DNA of 41,300 nucleotides, from assembly GCA_000934665.2 (NCBI GenBank), contig KZ538900.1, forward strand, positions 1 through 41,300, written 5' to 3'. The position numbers were made by a program, and so were the translations under genes. The DNA is from Catajapyx aquilonaris (Eukaryota). A model generated the notes under the pieces. The model was not told where the DNA came from, made no database searches, and saw only the letters and a list, made by a program, of their open reading frames with translations. Shown in pieces: positions 37,631-41,300 of this stretch. Every line of letters begins with the position of its first letter. The first letter of the stretch is position 1.

Positions 37631-37922
37631 CTTTCCATTTTAAAAAATATAAGAAACTGGAAAAATGTCTTCATCTGGTACCTCGTGAAACAGGTCAGCT
37701 ATTGTGCATCTTGCCCACTGTCTTAGGTCTTGCCAACATGACAGCCACCTGTGATATGCTTGCGATCCTGCTGTATCATGGGAAATATATTTGAAGGGTA
37801 GTGAAGTAACTTCTGATCCACAGTTTAAATGCCATGTCAGGCGTAGATACTGGTCATCACCCTGATGTAAAAATGTTGTTGAATAGTCCCATCCTTTGTC
37901 CATAAAAATGCTGGAAATTTGG

Positions 37923-38171
37923 AAAGCTGCGATTCCCGTTCTTCGCACGGGGAAAATAGCGTTCAAATTTATACAAAGATCTTTCAAAGTATTATTATTA
38001 AAGAAATAATATTGCTCATTCCCTTGCATATGCAGCAGGCAATGGAAGAGTGTAAAATTCTGGTTTGTTCTTGAATAATAATAATGCTTGGAAATAACGC
38101 TTGGAAAGATATTTGTACAAATCTGAACGATTTTTTTTCCGTGCAAAGAACGGGTAGGCTATAGCAGCTTT
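37923..38171. repeat. Imperfect ~80-95 bp inverted repeat
   Basis: AAAGCTGC..CCCGTTCTTCGCACGG..CGTTCAAATTTATACAAAGATCTTTC mirrored by GAAAGATATTTGTACAAATCTGAACG..CCGTGCAAAGAACGGG..GCAGCTTT. Confidence 0.8.
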
Positions 38172-38526
38172 TAAAATATATAATTATCTCACCTCCAGGA
38201 ATCTGTGCAGAATTTTAAAGCTGTATTGGGTTTGAGACTGGTCACTTTTGCTCCCAGTTATTGACTCAGTTGGGACACTCTTTTTCTAACTACAATCAGT
38301 TGAACATGATCATGGCCATTCATGGTTGCGTTTCAGGTTTTATTGGTAGTGTGGATGTGCTGGGCTCATCAGCGCTGCAACCACATGACCTAAAGGCCCC
38401 ATGAAATGACAACACAATTGTACATGGTACATACGAGTTTACTACCAGTGCAGAGGAATACAAGGAGGCCTTGCATCATAATCCACTTCATGGACAAAGA
38501 CTAGCTACTATAGCACCACAGGGTTG

Positions 38527-39117
38527 TTATTTGGCTACAACACAAAAGTGTACAGGCCATACAATTGAAACCTTAGCGAGACCATGGAGGTACCAATGGA
38601 GGTTCACCCCTGAGCCATGACATGCCGGTGAGGGAGCATGGTACAAATTCACTGTTTGAACACACCGGACATGTAGTACATAGTGATGGAGCCAAATAAC
38701 GGTAGTAGTGTTGACCCTGAGAGGAATGGTCTGCAGACGAGACAAATCCGTTCTGACCGTTTGGCCATCGTCCTGCTCCATAATATGTCGGATATGGTTA
38801 GGACCTTTTTGTCCATGCCTCTCCTGGTCATATGCCCAGCGCCTCTCCTCGTCGTATCCCCTCCGCCTCTCCTCATTGTATCCCCTCTGCCTCTCTTCGT
38901 TGTATCCCCTGCGCCTCTCTTCGTCGTATGCCTTGCGTTTCTCTTTGTTGATCAGCACCTGGTAGGCTCCAGATATCTCCTTGAATTTCTCTTCAGCCCC
39001 TGGATCCTTGTTCTTGTCTGGATGCCACCTGAGGGCCAGCTTGTGATAGGCCTTCCTAATGTCTGCATCGATAGCGTTGCATACAACGCCCAGGATCTCG
39101 TAGTAGTCCTTCTGCAT
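38527..39117 (-). CDS. J-domain (DnaJ/Hsp40-type) protein, truncated/atypical; young gene or pseudogene
   Basis: [11 protein letters not shown]...[46 protein letters not shown] is a complete J-domain with HPD. ATG at 39117 lies 16 nt after a splice acceptor TTATTTCAG| (39134). No G/F-rich or substrate-binding domain follows, and the C-terminal part is unrecognised. Confidence 0.75.
   Translation of the reverse strand: MQKDYYEILGVVCNAIDADIRKAYHKLALRWHPDKNKDPGAEEKFKEISGAYQVLINKEKRKAYDEERRRGYNEERQRGYNEERRRGYDEERRWAYDQERHGQKGPNHIRHIMEQDDGQTVRTDLSRLQTIPLRVNTTTVIWLHHYVLHVRCVQTVNLYHAPSPACHGSGVNLHWYLHGLAKVSIVWPVHFCVVAK
38817..38936 (-). repeat. Coding 24-bp tandem repeat x5 (Y[D/N]EERRRG-like)
   Basis: Plus-strand units beginning GCCTCTC at 38817, 38841, 38865, 38889 and 38913. 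Confidence 0.92.
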
Positions 39118-39174
39118 CACTCTAATCCCTGATCTGAAATAAATCAATGGTGCTGGTCCATACAAGACAATAAT

Positions 39175-39697
39175 GTACATACTTGTACATAGAATTCTAG
39201 AAATATAACATACATGTATATAAAAAGTAAAGTTAGTTTGTTTGTTCATGGCAACAGGTCTCCATGACATCAAAACATTATTACTTGATTGCTGATTAGA
39301 GTAATTACATTTACCATGGAAACAGGCATTGTGGAGAACCTGCTCTGCTGCTAGTATACTCCGCTTACCAAATTCTTCTGCTTTTAAAGTGTTAATAAGA
39401 AATATTATTATCCTTAAGCTTTTATTTATTATTGCGTTTTATTATTATGCATAGGACTTTAGTTGAATGTTCAATTAGTGTAAATACCTCTCACTTCCAA
39501 GAAAATTAGATGTAACCCCTTTCTTCACGTATTATTTCCAACCGCCTTGTCTCGGGGCTCAGACTTTTCCCTTCGTCACCAGCACCAAGCGTCCCAGCTT
39601 CCTCAGTCTTCATGCCTGCCACCGCAAAGTGCACGATAAAAGCAAATAATATTGAGAAGAAAATCGTCAAAAATACCTGAGCTCGAACCGGAAGATC
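39175..39697 (-). repeat. Left arm of a divergent inverted duplication; candidate spliced 5' leader of the J-domain ORF
   Basis: Reverse complement aligns along its length (about 90% by eye) with 40291-41169. It contains donor-like sites (CAG|GTATTT, GAG|GTATTT, TG|GTAAGC, ATG|GTAAAT) and short AT-rich intron-like blocks. Confidence 0.9.
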
Positions 39698-40290
39698 TGC
39701 ACATACCCATAGTGGGAAAGTAGCTACAGTTTAGTTTCTTGGTGGTGGGTGGGATTCGTTGGAATACAGAAAGCGAGATTATAGTAGCATTTACTACGGA
39801 AAAATATTGCTTGGTTTTTAAAACGTAAACTGCATGAAGTTCTTACAACCGAAATTACTTATTGTTTATGGATTTCCGCAAGTCTGCAGCCACTTGACTA
39901 ATTCATTTGTGCTTTCAAAACAAACCTTTTCCATCTCCCTGGGACAAATCAGTAACACTCGCCCTGTGACCTTCCCTCTCCAGCAGGTCGTCTGCCCACC
40001 CTACCCTCCTGCAAGTCATCCCTCGGAAGGAAAGGGTCTCAATAAAACCGCCATTTTTCAAACCAACCCGACCCTCATCAGTCACCTCCCCCGACCTTCC
40101 ACCCTTCCCTGTGGTCAAACCGACACTAGCGCCCAACTAGCTGATTTTCCTCGAATTGTTTTTGGCTGAATCGGAACCTTAATTATTTAGAAGTGAAATT
40201 AAATCGCTATTTGGAGTCCCGAATAACTGCGAACCAGGTCGCTGCTACTCGATCGGATGCTGCGTTACATTCGGCCAGATCCAAAATGGC

Positions 40291-41169
40291 GATCTTCCTG
40301 TTCGAGCTCCGGTATTTTTGACGATTTTCTTCTCAATATTATTTGCTTTTATCGTGCACTTTGTGGTGGCAGGCGTAAAGACTGAGGAGCAGGGACCCTT
40401 GGTGCTGGTGACGGAGGAAAAAGTCTGAGCCCCGAGATAAGGCGGTTGGAATAAATAATACGTGAAGAAAGGGGTTAGGCCTACATCTAATTTCCTTGGA
40501 AGTGAGAGGTATTTACACTCATTGAACATTCAACTAAAGTCCTATGCATAATAATAAAATGCAATAATAAATAAAAGCTTAAGGATAATAATATTTCTTA
40601 TTAACACTTTAAAAGCAGAAGAAAATTTGGTAAGCGGAGAAGTGTTGTCCGATTGACACTGCACCGGCTACACTCGGTGTAGGGAGGTGACGTCACAGTG
40701 CAGCGAGTGTGACCCAGCACTGGGGCCTCGAATCGGACACCTCCAGTGCCTCCAGTGCCTCCGCCATCTTGCCAGCCCGTCTTCGCGCCTTACACCGCCT
40801 GCCCCACCTTCTCCACTGGTGCAGCGAGTGCAGCCCCCCGCTTGCACTGGTGCAGTTACACTGGCGAATCGGACACGCTGCTCCCGGTGAATCGGACGCT
40901 TTTTCCTGCACGAGTGTACACTGGCTACACCAGTGCAATCAATCGGACAACACTAGTATAGGCCCCTACCAAGAGCTGCCCCTACTAGCAGCAGAGCAGG
41001 TTCTCCACACTGCCTGTTTCCATGGTAAATGTAATTACTCTAATCAGCAATCAAGTAATAATGTTTTGATGTCATGGAGACCTGTTGCCATGAACAAACA
41101 AACAAACTCTACTTTTTATAATTATACATGTATATGTTATATTTCTAGAATTCTATGTACCAAATGTAC
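40291..41169 (+). repeat. Right arm of the inverted duplication, interrupted by a MITE
   Basis: GATCTTCC(T/G)GTTCGAGCTC...GGTAAGCGGAG and CTAGCAGCAGAGCAGG...CTAGAATTCTATGTAC match the left arm in reverse orientation. Confidence 0.9.
40640..40955. mobile_element. MITE (hAT-like termini) in the right arm only
   Basis: TIR AGTGTTGTCCGATTGA ... TCAATCGGACAACACT; internal repeated AATCGGACAC and GTGCAGCGAGTG motifs; absent from the left arm; no clean TSD. Confidence 0.75.
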
Positions 41170-41300
41170 TATCACGTTCAAAAAGATTGTCCTCACTGTT
41201 TATTTTCTTATGTGTTTATGTGTTTGCTATCCTGGGCGCTGCTAGGTTACCGTGGTTGTTTATTTGGCGTTATTCCGGAATTCACAGAACTGTGATCACG

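Noticed and set aside
34802..37674. Poly-Ile, RE-repeat and poly-Asn ORFs
   Set aside because: Translations of (ATT)n and (GA)n SINE tails.
39118..39273. 52-aa N-terminal extension of the J-domain ORF
   Set aside because: AT-rich, intron-like sequence ending in a clear acceptor; the KDYY-proximal Met matches typical DnaJ starts.
40709..41245. 178-aa ORF
   Set aside because: Starts inside a MITE and runs through intron-like duplicated sequence.
37591..41300. J-domain gene as cargo of a pogo/Fot1-like transposon
   Set aside because: Only one terminal repeat is seen, with no transposase and no matching end in the window.

Overview
Repeat-rich eukaryotic DNA, most likely an arthropod (insect-like) with a large genome. 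There is no prokaryotic operon, CRISPR array or rRNA. Two protein-coding signals are supported. (1) The first coding exon of an HB9/MNX1/extra-extra (exex) homeobox gene on the minus strand (~27305-27839); no homeobox exon is visible, so 1-27304 appears to be part of a >27 kb intron. (2) A J-domain (DnaJ/Hsp40, HPD motif) ORF on the minus strand (39117-38527) with an amplified 8-aa repeat. It lies directly downstream of one arm of a ~520 bp divergent inverted duplication (39175-39697 vs 40291-41169). The rest is non-autonomous DNA transposons (piggyBac-, Tc1/mariner-, Tigger-, hAT-like MITEs, a Helitron-like element, a three-level nest), tRNA-derived SINEs with interchangeable 3' tails, many fold-back palindromes, and CpG-rich islands that look like enhancers. 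The best candidate for something new is the inverted-duplication/J-domain locus at 37.6-41.3 kb. This is a hypothesis from sequence reading only, and most ORFs in the supplied track are judged spurious.
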